Position numbers and translations under genes: made by a program | NCBI GenBank assembly: GCA_046317855.1 | Contig: JBKCVM010000147.1 | Location: 3,956-67,955 of the forward strand | Source: Oligoflexia bacterium | GTDB lineage: Bacteria > Bdellovibrionota > UBA1018 | Direction of reading: 5' to 3' | DNA length: 64,000 nucleotides | Shown here: positions 50,751 through 60,347 of the stretch, in pieces | How the letters are laid out: the number at the start of each line of letters is the position of its first letter | Numbering within the stretch: position 1 is the stretch's first letter | The notes under the pieces: model-generated | What the model saw: only the letters and a program-made list of their open reading frames with translations | Told to the model about the DNA's origin: nothing | Database searches by the model: none

Positions 50751-51103
50751 TGAATCCACGAAGTCCAATCACCACTCATGTCCTTGATTTAAGCTTGGGT
50801 CAGGCGGCTCAGGGAGTTCCTGTGCAGCTCGAACGTTCGGACGGAAAAGGGGGTTGGATGGTCCTCAAGTCGGCCACAACTAACTCGGACGGGCGGGTTG
50901 AAGATCTCATGGCACGCGGCTCTCGGGCCCAGGCGGGCGTCTATCGGCTAACCTTTAACATTCAGGCCTATTTTTTGGAGCGCGGAGTGGCCACGTTTTA
51001 TCCTGAAGCTGCGATTGTTTTTGAAATCACTCAGCCCGCTGAACACCACCACGTACCTTTGCTTCTCAGTCCATTTGGCTATTCGACTTACCGAGGGACC
51101 TAA
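50747..51103 (+). CDS. uraH: 5-hydroxyisourate hydrolase (transthyretin-like)
   Basis: THVLD N-terminal motif and C-terminal YRGT tetrapeptide (YRGS-type signature); ATGA overlap with uraD. Confidence 0.85.
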   Translation: MMNPRSPITTHVLDLSLGQAAQGVPVQLERSDGKGGWMVLKSATTNSDGRVEDLMARGSRAQAGVYRLTFNIQAYFLERGVATFYPEAAIVFEITQPAEHHHVPLLLSPFGYSTYRGT

Positions 51104-51105
51104 AA

Positions 51106-52464
51106 ATGACGATTCAACTCTCACTAGACACTGCAGCTCTCGAGGCCATTCGAGTCCCTTTGCGTGCAGCCAATCAACAATTTGCTCTGCAAAATCCCGG
51201 GCCTTGGCAGGGAAGGCAGCCCGCGCACACAGTATACGGTGGGGCCCAGCTCTTTAGGGCAGATACCGCTCGTAAGATGGGCGAGACTGCGTTGCGGTCA
51301 CTGGAGGAGTACGCGCCCAGTTCAGACCGTTTAGCCGCAGCATTGGGGCAGAATTCTTCTGATCTTTGGAAAACGGTTTATGGGCGAGTGGTTTCGAAGC
51401 TTAAGCGAGAGGCGGTCGAGGACTTTCGAATCGACTTCGAGGACGGATACGGCACGCGGCCAGATGCTGAAGAAGATGCAGACGCCGCACGCACGGCAGG
51501 CGAAGTGGCGCAGGGAATCAAGGACGGAACACTGCCGCCTTTCATCGGAATTCGCGTCAAGCCATTCAGTGAAGAGTGCGTGCCGCGTGCGGTGCGGACG
51601 TTGGATATCTTTCTAACCACGCTTTTTTCTAAGACCGGCGGGCGCTTGCCATCTGGCTTTGTGGTGACTTTGCCCAAGATCACCCATGTGGCGCAGGCCG
51701 AGGCCCTGGCCTCCTGCCTCGATGCTATCGAAAAAAAGTGCGGCGTGGCCGCGGGCACGATCCAGTTTGAGATCATGGTCGAGATGACCCAGGCTATCAT
51801 CGGGGCGGATGGGGTGGTGCCTTTGAGGGCGTTCGTGGCGGCGGGCCGCGGTAGGTGCATCGGAGCCCATTTTGGTACCTACGATTACACTGCAGGCTGC
51901 GGCATCACCGCGACCTACCAGTACATGGCAAACCCGGTCTGTGATTTTGCAAAGCACGTGATGCAGGTGTCGCTTGCCGGAACTTCCGTTATGCTCTCCG
52001 ACGGAGCCACCAACATCATGCCTGTGGGTCCGCACCGCGCACCCCAGGGTGGAACCCTCTCCGCCCAGCAAAAGGCTGAAAATGAGCAGGTCGTCCACCG
52101 GGCTTGGAAGCTTAGCTTTGATCATATCCTGCATTCCTTAGAGACGGGCTATTATCAGGGATGGGACCTTCACCCAGCGCAACTTCCGATTCGTTATGCT
52201 GCTGTTTATTCTTTTTTCTTGGAGAGCCTTGAGCCCGCAAGCGCGCGCTTGAAGGCCTTTGTTGAAAAAGCCGCAAAGGCAACGCTTTTGGGCGATGTGT
52301 TCGACGACGCGGCGACGGGACAGGGGCTGCTCAATTACTTTTTGCGTGGAATCGCCTGCGGCGCGATCACCGAGGAAGAGGCTCGGGCTACCGGCCTCAC
52401 CCTCGATGAGATTCGTGGCCGATCCTTCATGAAGATCGTGCAGGGCAGGACGGCGGGCAAGTAG
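51106..52464 (+). CDS. Uncharacterised 452-aa enzyme, possibly of the HpcH/HpaI-aldolase / citrate-lyase-beta / malate-synthase-like TIM-barrel superfamily
   Basis: DFRIDFEDGYG resembles the D-x-E-D divalent-metal/substrate motif of that superfamily. Lies immediately after uraH in the same orientation. Assignment is weak. Confidence 0.3.
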   Translation: MTIQLSLDTAALEAIRVPLRAANQQFALQNPGPWQGRQPAHTVYGGAQLFRADTARKMGETALRSLEEYAPSSDRLAAALGQNSSDLWKTVYGRVVSKLKREAVEDFRIDFEDGYGTRPDAEEDADAARTAGEVAQGIKDGTLPPFIGIRVKPFSEECVPRAVRTLDIFLTTLFSKTGGRLPSGFVVTLPKITHVAQAEALASCLDAIEKKCGVAAGTIQFEIMVEMTQAIIGADGVVPLRAFVAAGRGRCIGAHFGTYDYTAGCGITATYQYMANPVCDFAKHVMQVSLAGTSVMLSDGATNIMPVGPHRAPQGGTLSAQQKAENEQVVHRAWKLSFDHILHSLETGYYQGWDLHPAQLPIRYAAVYSFFLESLEPASARLKAFVEKAAKATLLGDVFDDAATGQGLLNYFLRGIACGAITEEEARATGLTLDEIRGRSFMKIVQGRTAGK

Positions 52465-52465
52465 C

Positions 52466-53404
52466 TTAAAGAATTTTAGGTTCTCGGATGTACGCTAGAA
52501 ACAGCACCAATATGGCAGCAAAAAGCAGCCATGCCTTGAACGTTGTCCGGTTAGAAGGCATGAGTGCATGCCAGGAGCCAAAGAGTCGGTCTGGACTTGC
52601 GCCCTCGATCCAAGCGCCCAGCTTGGCTGAAAAATCAGTTAGCTCTTCTGAACTTTGCTCCTGCGCTCGAGCGGGATCGGCTCTTGAGGGATCGCCCCAG
52701 TAACCCCATCGCCGATTACGCCAGCGCTCAAGCATTCGAGAGATGCGCGAGCCCGTAAGCGGAAATGCAGGAGGAAGCGGCTCACGAGGCGCGCGCGCCG
52801 TATCTTGATAGAGCCACATTGCAACTCCAGTGTCTCGCTCTCCCCCGTGTTGCGAAGGATCCACGCCCAGGGCAGAGGTCCAAATATCTGAAGGTTTGGA
52901 CCCTCCCGAGCGCCCGGAGACAAGCGAGGGGGGGCCGTATTGCGAACTTTTCAAGAATTCAAAGAGTCGCATTCGCGCCCTCTTTGCCCTGCGCGAGAGG
53001 ATTCGACCAGCCTCCTCTATGGCTACTAGTGAACGAGGGCTCTGAGTGCCTGAAAAGCACACTAAAAAACGAAATCCCTGTCTTAGCCAGGTCGAGCCTA
53101 CGTCGACCAAGTAGTCTTTAAGAACATAGCCGCGTACGCCAAAGGCCCAAGCCCGCGTATTGGGATCGACCCCCAGAGGTGAGCGCGGGGCAATCACTCC
53201 AACCCAGCCTTTGCGCTCGTCCTCGAGCCGCTCAGCAGCCAATCGACACAGTACTTCGGCTTCATCCAAGTCTAATCCCACGGGCAAATGGGGTCCGTGG
53301 TCTTCGATCACACCCACCGGAAAAAACACGACCGTTGTTCCGCGTGGAAGGGCTTCGATCTCGTCAGCCGTCATGCGCTCAAGCCATCGCGGCATCGACT
53401 CCAC
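52466..53404 (-). CDS. Creatininase-family amidohydrolase with C-terminal membrane anchor
   Basis: VVFFPVGVIEDHGPHLPVGLD matches the creatininase-family metal-binding block (PvGs.EQHGpHLP..tD); C-terminal hydrophobic helix. Confidence 0.55.
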   Translation of the reverse strand: MESMPRWLERMTADEIEALPRGTTVVFFPVGVIEDHGPHLPVGLDLDEAEVLCRLAAERLEDERKGWVGVIAPRSPLGVDPNTRAWAFGVRGYVLKDYLVDVGSTWLRQGFRFLVCFSGTQSPRSLVAIEEAGRILSRRAKRARMRLFEFLKSSQYGPPSLVSGRSGGSKPSDIWTSALGVDPSQHGGERDTGVAMWLYQDTARAPREPLPPAFPLTGSRISRMLERWRNRRWGYWGDPSRADPARAQEQSSEELTDFSAKLGAWIEGASPDRLFGSWHALMPSNRTTFKAWLLFAAILVLFLAYIREPKIL

Positions 53405-54332
53405 CCAGCAAAAGTTTCAGTGCGTTTCCGCCCAAGATCTTGTCTGCGTCATCTTGTGAGTAGACTCCGCCAGTGACGCCTTCTTCGATTCGCTTTTTTC
53501 CGACCGCGAGATTGCCCCCCACAAACGGCCAGTCGGTGCCAAAGAGCACTCGGTCTGCGCCGAGTCTGCGAACTGCCTCACCGATGATCTCAGCAGGCTG
53601 CCACGAAGTGTCGACCAGGATGTTCGAGTGGAGCTCACCCAGTTGGAGTGCTTTCTCGGGCTCATGAAAATTCATGTGCGCTAGCACAAAGCGGATTCTT
53701 CGATAGGCCTCAAACCAAGGCTCAAAGATTTCTACTTTTCCGAGTGAAGGGTTCTTATAAAAAACTCTATTTTGAATGCAGCCCGTATGAAGAATGACCG
53801 GCAGACTCTTGGATTGGGCCACTTCAAGTAACTCTCGGTAACGCGGACTTTCAGGGCCTTCTCCATCTGCTGAAGCATGGATCTTGAGTCCGCGAGCGCC
53901 CTTGTCAATCAAGTCCTCGAGCAGCTGACCTGGTTTTTCTGTTCCTGGAGGGACATTCATCACAGGGATGAGTCGGTCCGAGCTTTGAGAACAAGTTTCG
54001 AGTACCCACTCGTTTGATGCAAAGGGGGGATGCGCAATTACGACGGCGCGGTCGACCCCTGAGGCGTCCATCGCTTCGATCAAATCCGCGGGAGTCGACT
54101 CAATGAGGAGCCGGGGCAGGGTGCTCAGGCCGCCCATTTGATCGAGTCCTGCACGAGCAAGTTTGGGCAAGAGCCGCATCCATACTTGAGCTTGATGCAT
54201 TTTTTCTTGGGTGGGCTCGAGGAGATGGCGAACCGTTCGACGCGCTTGTTCGATCATGGGGGCAAGAGAGCCCGGCAAGACCTTCTCCATCGGATTTGGA
54301 AAGACATGCACATGAAAATCGATCGTGGACAT
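53379..54332 (-). CDS. Amidohydrolase-2 family TIM-barrel metal-dependent hydrolase
   Basis: MSTIDFHVHVFP N-terminal HxH and ACMSD-like layout; overlaps the downstream creatininase gene by 26 bp. Confidence 0.55.
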   Translation of the reverse strand: MSTIDFHVHVFPNPMEKVLPGSLAPMIEQARRTVRHLLEPTQEKMHQAQVWMRLLPKLARAGLDQMGGLSTLPRLLIESTPADLIEAMDASGVDRAVVIAHPPFASNEWVLETCSQSSDRLIPVMNVPPGTEKPGQLLEDLIDKGARGLKIHASADGEGPESPRYRELLEVAQSKSLPVILHTGCIQNRVFYKNPSLGKVEIFEPWFEAYRRIRFVLAHMNFHEPEKALQLGELHSNILVDTSWQPAEIIGEAVRRLGADRVLFGTDWPFVGGNLAVGKKRIEEGVTGGVYSQDDADKILGGNALKLLLGGVDAAMA

Positions 54333-54373
54333 AGGACTTCCAGTCTACCCGAAGGTGTGCGAAAAACGAGAGT

Positions 54374-54889
54374 ATGCAAACCGAAATGGAAAAAGACATT
54401 GATCTGGTCGCACCTTGGCTCAGAAAAGATCCAACCCGCTGGGCGGCTGGAGGTCTTGCGGGAGCTTTTGGTGGACTGGTGGCCTTAGTTCTTGCGGCAA
54501 TCTATTGCCAGCTGCAGGGAACCGAGGCGCTTTTTCCGGTCAAAGTCATGGCTCTTCCGATTCTTGGGAGTGAGGCGACGGCAGTGGGTGCTGGAATGCT
54601 GTCGATCATAACGGGTCTATTGGTTTTCGAAGCACTTTGCGCATTTTTAGGGGCAGTATTTGCTCACTTTACGTTTACGAATGCTCCTGGACCTCTGCTT
54701 GGAATGGGTTTCACTTGGGGAGCGTTCAGCTGGATTTTTATCAACAATCTTTTTAGTCCTTCTTTTTTGGCGGTTCGTGCAGCTGAACTTTCGCGTGGCG
54801 CAGGATTTGGCTTCTGGATGGCATTTGGACTCTCACTGACATCGGTGGCGTTCTTTGACCGGATGCTTCGGGGCAGCAAGACCTCCTGA
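54374..54889 (+). CDS. Small polytopic membrane protein, hypothetical
   Basis: Four predicted TM helices; no motif. Confidence 0.35.
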   Translation: MQTEMEKDIDLVAPWLRKDPTRWAAGGLAGAFGGLVALVLAAIYCQLQGTEALFPVKVMALPILGSEATAVGAGMLSIITGLLVFEALCAFLGAVFAHFTFTNAPGPLLGMGFTWGAFSWIFINNLFSPSFLAVRAAELSRGAGFGFWMAFGLSLTSVAFFDRMLRGSKTS

Positions 54890-54965
54890 GTTCAAGTTTT
54901 TAGGGTCAAAATTTTGACAACTAAAACTTGTCCGGTTCTCCGGACACAGCTATACGCCCTTTTGG

Positions 54966-55373
54966 GTGAAAGTTCTTATTTTAGAAGATCACGACGGGGT
55001 CCGTGAATCCATTGAGCTTCTGCTTGAGGTTGAAGGGTGCACGGTCGTTTCGTTTGCGAGTGCCACGGCTGCTCTAAAGTACCTTGAATCTGAGTTTGTG
55101 GACTTAGCGATTATTGACTGGAACCTTCCTGAAATGTCGGGAGGGGAGTTTCTGGTAAAAGCGCGTGGGGTGCTTTTGCCCTTGTTCACACCCCAGCTGG
55201 TGCTTTTCTCCGGTGACTTTCGAGTGGCAGATCGGGCCCAAGAGCTCGGAGCAGATGCGTTCTTAGCTAAGCCCTTCAAACCCAATGCACTCAGTGAGCT
55301 TGTTCGATCCCTAGCAAAGCAGCATCCCGTAGTGGGAGCTCCGGTCAGGGACGGCTTTTCAGTTGTAGCTTAG
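54966..55373 (+). CDS. Single-domain response regulator (receiver domain)
   Basis: LILEDHDGV acidic pocket; phospho-acceptor Asp in AIIDWNLP; LAKPF near the C-terminus. Confidence 0.6.
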   Translation: MKVLILEDHDGVRESIELLLEVEGCTVVSFASATAALKYLESEFVDLAIIDWNLPEMSGGEFLVKARGVLLPLFTPQLVLFSGDFRVADRAQELGADAFLAKPFKPNALSELVRSLAKQHPVVGAPVRDGFSVVA

Positions 55374-55857
55374 CCTTTTTGTTTATTTTCTCGACGATGG
55401 CCGTCGTGCTTTTTCCGGAAACAAACTTCAAGCTCTTGGCTTGTCCACCCCAGGATTGGACTTCTTTTGCCCCGACCATTTGAGAGGGCTTCCAGTCACC
55501 ACCCTTCACGAGCACCCGAATGCGCTTTCCAAGTTGCTGGATCAGCTCAAGAGGTGTGTCGTGCTCAAACCAAGTGACATAGTCTACACATTCAAGCCCA
55601 GCCAGAACGGCCATCCGGTCTTCGAGACGGTTTACGGGCCGACCAGGTCCTTTAAGTTTGCTCACGGAGGCATCTGAGTTGAGGGCCACTATCAAAGTGT
55701 CCCCTTGCGCCCGGGCTTGCTCTAGGTAGGCCACATGGCCAGGATGCAGCAGATCAAAACAACCATTGGTGAAAACTGCCCTGTTGCTCTTAGCAAGAGC
55801 GCGCTTGAGGGCCGCAGGAGTCTTGATTTTGGATTGTGAGCTGCGTGGTTTCTTCAT
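55345..55857 (-). CDS. RfaE domain II-like cytidylyltransferase (D-glycero-beta-D-manno-heptose-1-phosphate adenylyltransferase-like)
   Basis: [21 protein letters not shown] (HxGH nucleotidyltransferase motif). Confidence 0.75.
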   Translation of the reverse strand: MKKPRSSQSKIKTPAALKRALAKSNRAVFTNGCFDLLHPGHVAYLEQARAQGDTLIVALNSDASVSKLKGPGRPVNRLEDRMAVLAGLECVDYVTWFEHDTPLELIQQLGKRIRVLVKGGDWKPSQMVGAKEVQSWGGQAKSLKFVSGKSTTAIVEKINKKAKLQLKSRP

Positions 55858-56510
55858 CTTCTGGCGCGCACTGGCTGGACGTCAGCAGCAAGGTCATGCC
55901 AGCAGCGGCGATTTCGATTGAACAGCGCCCAGAGGATCCCAAGACCCATGAAAAGGACGCTTGGGATAAAAAAGAAAGATCGCATGAAGATGGCGGCTGC
56001 ACTTCCATTGAGTCGCAATCCCACCATGCGCTTTCCCGGGGTGGATCCTAGGACTACTTCTTGGGCTACGACCAGCGCCCAGCTCAGTGAAATGGCAAAG
56101 AGGAGAGCAAATTCAATCACCCCGGGTTCAAAGAGCACGAGGAGCTCATGGCCTAAAAAAGACATCACGCCAAAAAGCACCAGCAGCGAAAAAGCAAAGT
56201 GAGCAATGCTGTCTGTAAAAAACGCTAACAATCGGAGCATTAAATAGCCCAATCCAAACTTCTCTTGCTCCAGTGGCTCGACGGCTTCTGGTTGGACTGG
56301 AAGCTGAGCCAAGGGCTTGCCCCGAATCAATGGGGTGGTGGGAGCTAAGGGCACAACCGGCGGAGCGATTCGGATCGGGCCTGCAACAGTGGCTCCCGTG
56401 GAGGGAGAGTTTGGGGCGTAGGGGAGGCCCTCCGAAAACGGATGAAATCCGAGCCCTTTGTGGACCGGCTTAAACTGGATCTCAGAACTCTTAGGCGTAC
56501 TTAGGTCCAT
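55854..56510 (-). CDS. RDD-family membrane protein
   Basis: Three TM helices with conserved Arg/Asp positions (RMVGLRL, RRCWHDL). Confidence 0.45.
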   Translation of the reverse strand: MDLSTPKSSEIQFKPVHKGLGFHPFSEGLPYAPNSPSTGATVAGPIRIAPPVVPLAPTTPLIRGKPLAQLPVQPEAVEPLEQEKFGLGYLMLRLLAFFTDSIAHFAFSLLVLFGVMSFLGHELLVLFEPGVIEFALLFAISLSWALVVAQEVVLGSTPGKRMVGLRLNGSAAAIFMRSFFFIPSVLFMGLGILWALFNRNRRCWHDLAADVQPVRARR

Positions 56511-56540
56511 GCTTCTTTGTCGCTCGAGGTGTTGCGCTGG

Positions 56541-57326
56541 TCAAGTACGGGTAGCAAGAGCATGGCTCATTGCCTGGCTCATGGTAAAGACAGCTGCAGT
56601 CTCAGCTCTCAGGATCAGGGGGCCAAAGGTCGCGGCAAGGAGATTTCCCATCCGGATTTCTGCAGCAAAAATGGTGCATTCGGCCGGGCTCCATCCACCC
56701 TCAGGACCTATGAGCACATGGGTCAAAGACTCAGGCTGGTACTCAAACTCAATCGGCTGAGCTTCTTGAAAACCTGCTCCCGGCTCTACCGCGACCCAAC
56801 GACGGGCAACTTTCTGCTGCAGCACTTGAGAGAGGGGCAGTGGAGGATCCACTTGAAGTCGATGCAGTCGTTCGCATTGCTTAAGCGCTTGATCTGCAAT
56901 GCGCTGCCAGCGCTCGACAAAATGTTGCGAGCCTTTTCGGCTGGTTTCGACCACGCCAAAATCGCATTCAACCGGTACGATCTTGTTTACTCCCAACTCG
57001 ACGGCTTTTTCGATCACCCAGCTCATGGCATCTCCTTTGAGGATCGCCATTTCTAGAACTAAGCCAGTGGTCTCGGCTTGGAACAAACGGGTTTGGATAG
57101 GCGCCGTCGAGTCAGTTTCGAGCCAGAGTGCCTTGTCTCGATGGCGGATCCGTGCAGAAACCTCTGAGCCTCGGCCATTCAGTGCAATGACCCCATCACC
57201 TTCTCTGAGCCGAAGCACCTGCTGCAAGTGGGCGGCCTCTTCGGAGCTCACCATGACAGGAGCTTTTTCTTGCGGAAGCGCGTCACATAGAACGCGGGGA
57301 ATTCGATTGGAGCGGCGTTGAGTCAT
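56541..57326 (-). CDS. rsmE: 16S rRNA (uracil1498-N3)-methyltransferase RsmE
   Basis: PRVLCDALP N-terminus, PUA-like N-domain, C-terminal VLIGPEGGWSPAE...GPLILRAETA. Start at 57326 with RBS AAGGA; the ORF-track extension to 57497 overlaps the neighbouring gene. Confidence 0.75.
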   Translation of the reverse strand: MTQRRSNRIPRVLCDALPQEKAPVMVSSEEAAHLQQVLRLREGDGVIALNGRGSEVSARIRHRDKALWLETDSTAPIQTRLFQAETTGLVLEMAILKGDAMSWVIEKAVELGVNKIVPVECDFGVVETSRKGSQHFVERWQRIADQALKQCERLHRLQVDPPLPLSQVLQQKVARRWVAVEPGAGFQEAQPIEFEYQPESLTHVLIGPEGGWSPAECTIFAAEIRMGNLLAATFGPLILRAETAAVFTMSQAMSHALATRT

Positions 57327-57369
57327 AAAGAGTCCTTGAGAGAAGTCATTGAAGCTTGGGAAGTGTGCG

Positions 57370-58914
57370 TCAATGAACTTGAAACAGGGGCGCCAGGGCT
57401 CCGCTTCGAGACAACTGATGGGGCGAAAGACTTCCCAGCGTTTTCGTATAGAGCACAGCATTCTTCCAAAACCAAAGAGGAAAGTAAGGTAGATCAAGCA
57501 TCATCTGTTCCTGCAGCTCTTGCAGTGCAATGTGTCGTCTGCTCGGGTTGGACTCCGCGGCAACGAGGTCAAGTAGAGCATCCACTTTTGAGTTAGAATA
57601 GCCTGAGCGATTGGATGAGCTGCCAGAGCGCAGTGAGCGCTCAAGAATCGATGCATCTGCGACGCCAATCCACCGTCCTAGAGATAACTGAAACGCTCCG
57701 CGCCTAACAGAGGCCAGAAAAACAGCCTGTTCCACGACTTCAATTTGAAGCTGGATTCCAATCTTTTTCCAAGCGTCTTGAATGATTCTAACGATTTCTT
57801 GCCCTTCTCGAATTGGCGTCGTCTTGAAAGAAAGCTTTAAACCCTGCCGCCAGCCCGTTTGCGGATCTCGCAGAAATCCTGCTTCGTCCAAAAGTTGCGT
57901 AGCCTGGGCCGGGTCATAGGGGATTCTGGCAGGTGAGTGCGCTTCTGGTAAAAAGGGCGCTAAAAAGCTAGTTGCTGGATCGGCCATTCGCGCAAGGCGA
58001 TTTTGAATGATCGAATCGACAGGGATGGCCATAGCTAGCGCACGGCGCACGCGCAGGTCCTTCAAGAAGGGGTCGCGGAGATTGAAGGCAAGGTAACTGA
58101 CGTTGACTCCCGGCGCCTCAACAAGATGAAAACGCTCCGGATGCCTGTTGTGAAGCCAACGCGTCCTCTGTGGGGAGAATCCATTCTGTACGATCGACGC
58201 TTCACCTCTCAGAAGGCGAAGTGTGCGGGTGGTTTCATCTCTTATGATCAGGAGGCGGCCAGCGGGTTCGAACGATCCTTGAGGAGTGCGGCGTTCGAGG
58301 TTCAACTCATTTGTGGGAGTGAGAGAAAACGGCTGAGCACGAAAGCTGCCGCTCGCGATGATCGGCTTTTCAGGCTTTGGGTCCGAACATGGAGTTTGGC
58401 CTTCTTGCCGAAAGTACCTCAGTAGGGTGACGTTTCTGGAAAACCAAGGGTCGCCCCGCAAAAGCTCAAACGTCAGCGTGTCCTTTGTTGCAGAGAGTTT
58501 TTTTATCTCAGGAAGTGCTTGGACTGCCAGCGCCCTGGGCTTACCGGACGAATATTGTGAAAAGCATTGAATCAGGTCTTGAGCGGTGATGGGTCGGCCG
58601 GAATGGTCGGTAGCGCCAGGATGAATTTGAAAGACCCAGCGTCGATACGAGTCTTTGTGGCTCCAGCGGGTGGCTAGGTCTGGAAGGACCTCGAGGCTTG
58701 GACCCATTCGAGTAAGTGCCGCAAAAAGGAGAGCATTGATCCGCTGGCCCGAGGCGTCCAGCGTCATTCTTGGATTAAGGGTAGTTGGAGGCTGATCGAT
58801 GAGGGCGATCACTCTGGGCGTCTCGCTTGCAAAGACCAGTGGGGTCATTTGTGTGGCCAGAGAGATCGCCCAGCACAAAGCCATTTCTTTGACGGTTTTT
58901 TCTTTTCTGATCAT
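57370..58914 (-). CDS. ABC transporter substrate-binding protein, family 5 (peptide/nickel type)
   Basis: Signal peptide; length and layout typical of OppA/DppA-like SBPs (WRVFQIHPGATDHSG..., ...YFPLWF). Confidence 0.65.
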   Translation of the reverse strand: MIRKEKTVKEMALCWAISLATQMTPLVFASETPRVIALIDQPPTTLNPRMTLDASGQRINALLFAALTRMGPSLEVLPDLATRWSHKDSYRRWVFQIHPGATDHSGRPITAQDLIQCFSQYSSGKPRALAVQALPEIKKLSATKDTLTFELLRGDPWFSRNVTLLRYFRQEGQTPCSDPKPEKPIIASGSFRAQPFSLTPTNELNLERRTPQGSFEPAGRLLIIRDETTRTLRLLRGEASIVQNGFSPQRTRWLHNRHPERFHLVEAPGVNVSYLAFNLRDPFLKDLRVRRALAMAIPVDSIIQNRLARMADPATSFLAPFLPEAHSPARIPYDPAQATQLLDEAGFLRDPQTGWRQGLKLSFKTTPIREGQEIVRIIQDAWKKIGIQLQIEVVEQAVFLASVRRGAFQLSLGRWIGVADASILERSLRSGSSSNRSGYSNSKVDALLDLVAAESNPSRRHIALQELQEQMMLDLPYFPLWFWKNAVLYTKTLGSLSPHQLSRSGALAPLFQVH

Positions 58915-58959
58915 TTTGCGTCTCGTTCTTGTCTCGATCGCAGGGGAGCCCTACCATAA

Positions 58960-60309
58960 GTGGCCATGCTCAGTGTTGTGTCTCGTCGGGTGCCGCTGCT
59001 GTTTTTCTCCCTGCTTGGGTACTGTGCGTTTCTTGGGTGGATCGACGCATTGACGGCGCATAAAGTCCACGCTCGCGGCGGGGCAAGACCGGTCGTTGAG
59101 CGCAGCGAGCAAGTCGGTGGGGCTTTAGAGCCAGACGAAGTGCTCCCCCCTAAAATCGAAACCTCTGTCCAAGGGGTGGATCCTGGATTCGTTGTGGTTC
59201 CGCAGCTCAAAAGGCAAGTTGAGTTTTGGAAGCGCATTTATGGCCAGTATGACACGCGACAGGCAGTGGTGCACGACAGTCGTTACATTGACCTCGTTTA
59301 TGAGGTCCTTCGCTACGCTCCAGAAGACTCGCCCCGTGACATCAGTAGAAAGAGCAAAGCCTCAAGAGCGCGCTGGCGCAATGCGCTTTTGGGTCTCCAT
59401 CGCAAGCTCGATGAGCCCTCGAGCTGGAGCGAGGATGAAAAATACGTTTTCAAACTTTTTGAAGGGATTGAAGAGCCCAATAAGTTTCTGAATGCTGCTC
59501 ATCGAAAGCGACTCCGGACTCAGCTCGGTCAAAAAGATCGGTTTCGAGAAGGGTACATTGCCTCGGGAAAATACCTTCCATACATGGAAGCGATTTTCAA
59601 AGCGGAGGGTCTGCCGCTTGAGCTCACTCGGCTTCCGTTCGTAGAGAGCAGCTTCAACCTGAGAGCTAGGTCAAAAGTCGGAGCAAGCGGCATTTGGCAA
59701 TTTATGCGTTCTACGGGCAGGCTCTACCTCAAGATTAAGGGCGGTCTTGACGAGCGCAATGACCCTATTCGTGCCACTGAGGCCGCTGCTCAGTTGCTCA
59801 GGCATAATTACGAATCTCTTGGAAATTGGCCTCTGGCTGTCACCGCTTACAACCACGGACGAATGGGGCTGATGCGGGCGGTGAGGCAAACCGGCTCCGA
59901 TCAATTAGAGGATATTCTTTGGAATTACAGGAGCCGGAGCTTTGGATTTGCAAGTAGCAACTTTTTTGCCTGCCTTCTTGCTGCGATCGATATTGAGCGT
60001 AATGCCGAAGTGATTTTTGGAAAACTCGAGCGCGATCCGCCGCTTCGGTTTTACGAAGTGGAGATTCCGCACTCCATTGCGCTCACTGAGCTAGATCGCT
60101 ATCTCAAGCTGGGCATGGACTCGATCGAGGAATTCAACCCCGGCCTTTCGGCTGCCCATTTTAAGGGGCGGGAGCGGGTCCCGGCCGGCTATCGCCTCAG
60201 ACTCCCGCTGCCCCCAGACACGACTCCAGATCGTGAGTCGCGATTGTTTCTGGTGGGCTATGAGATGATTCCTAAGGTTCTCAAGGGCCCGGCAGTGAAA
60301 ACGCGGTAG
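58960..60309 (+). CDS. Lytic transglycosylase domain protein (MltD-like)
   Basis: Signal peptide; SLT catalytic block LPFVESSFNLRARSKVGASGIWQFM with catalytic Glu. Confidence 0.65.
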   Translation: MAMLSVVSRRVPLLFFSLLGYCAFLGWIDALTAHKVHARGGARPVVERSEQVGGALEPDEVLPPKIETSVQGVDPGFVVVPQLKRQVEFWKRIYGQYDTRQAVVHDSRYIDLVYEVLRYAPEDSPRDISRKSKASRARWRNALLGLHRKLDEPSSWSEDEKYVFKLFEGIEEPNKFLNAAHRKRLRTQLGQKDRFREGYIASGKYLPYMEAIFKAEGLPLELTRLPFVESSFNLRARSKVGASGIWQFMRSTGRLYLKIKGGLDERNDPIRATEAAAQLLRHNYESLGNWPLAVTAYNHGRMGLMRAVRQTGSDQLEDILWNYRSRSFGFASSNFFACLLAAIDIERNAEVIFGKLERDPPLRFYEVEIPHSIALTELDRYLKLGMDSIEEFNPGLSAAHFKGRERVPAGYRLRLPLPPDTTPDRESRLFLVGYEMIPKVLKGPAVKTR

Positions 60310-60347
60310 GCCCAGGCAGGGGGCTGTGTTAGCTTCCAATCCCGAGC

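Noticed and set aside
57327-57497. N-terminal extension of rsmE to 57497
   Set aside because: It would overlap the 3' end of the substrate-binding-protein gene. The RsmE family N-terminus starts at the internal Met (57326), which has a good RBS.
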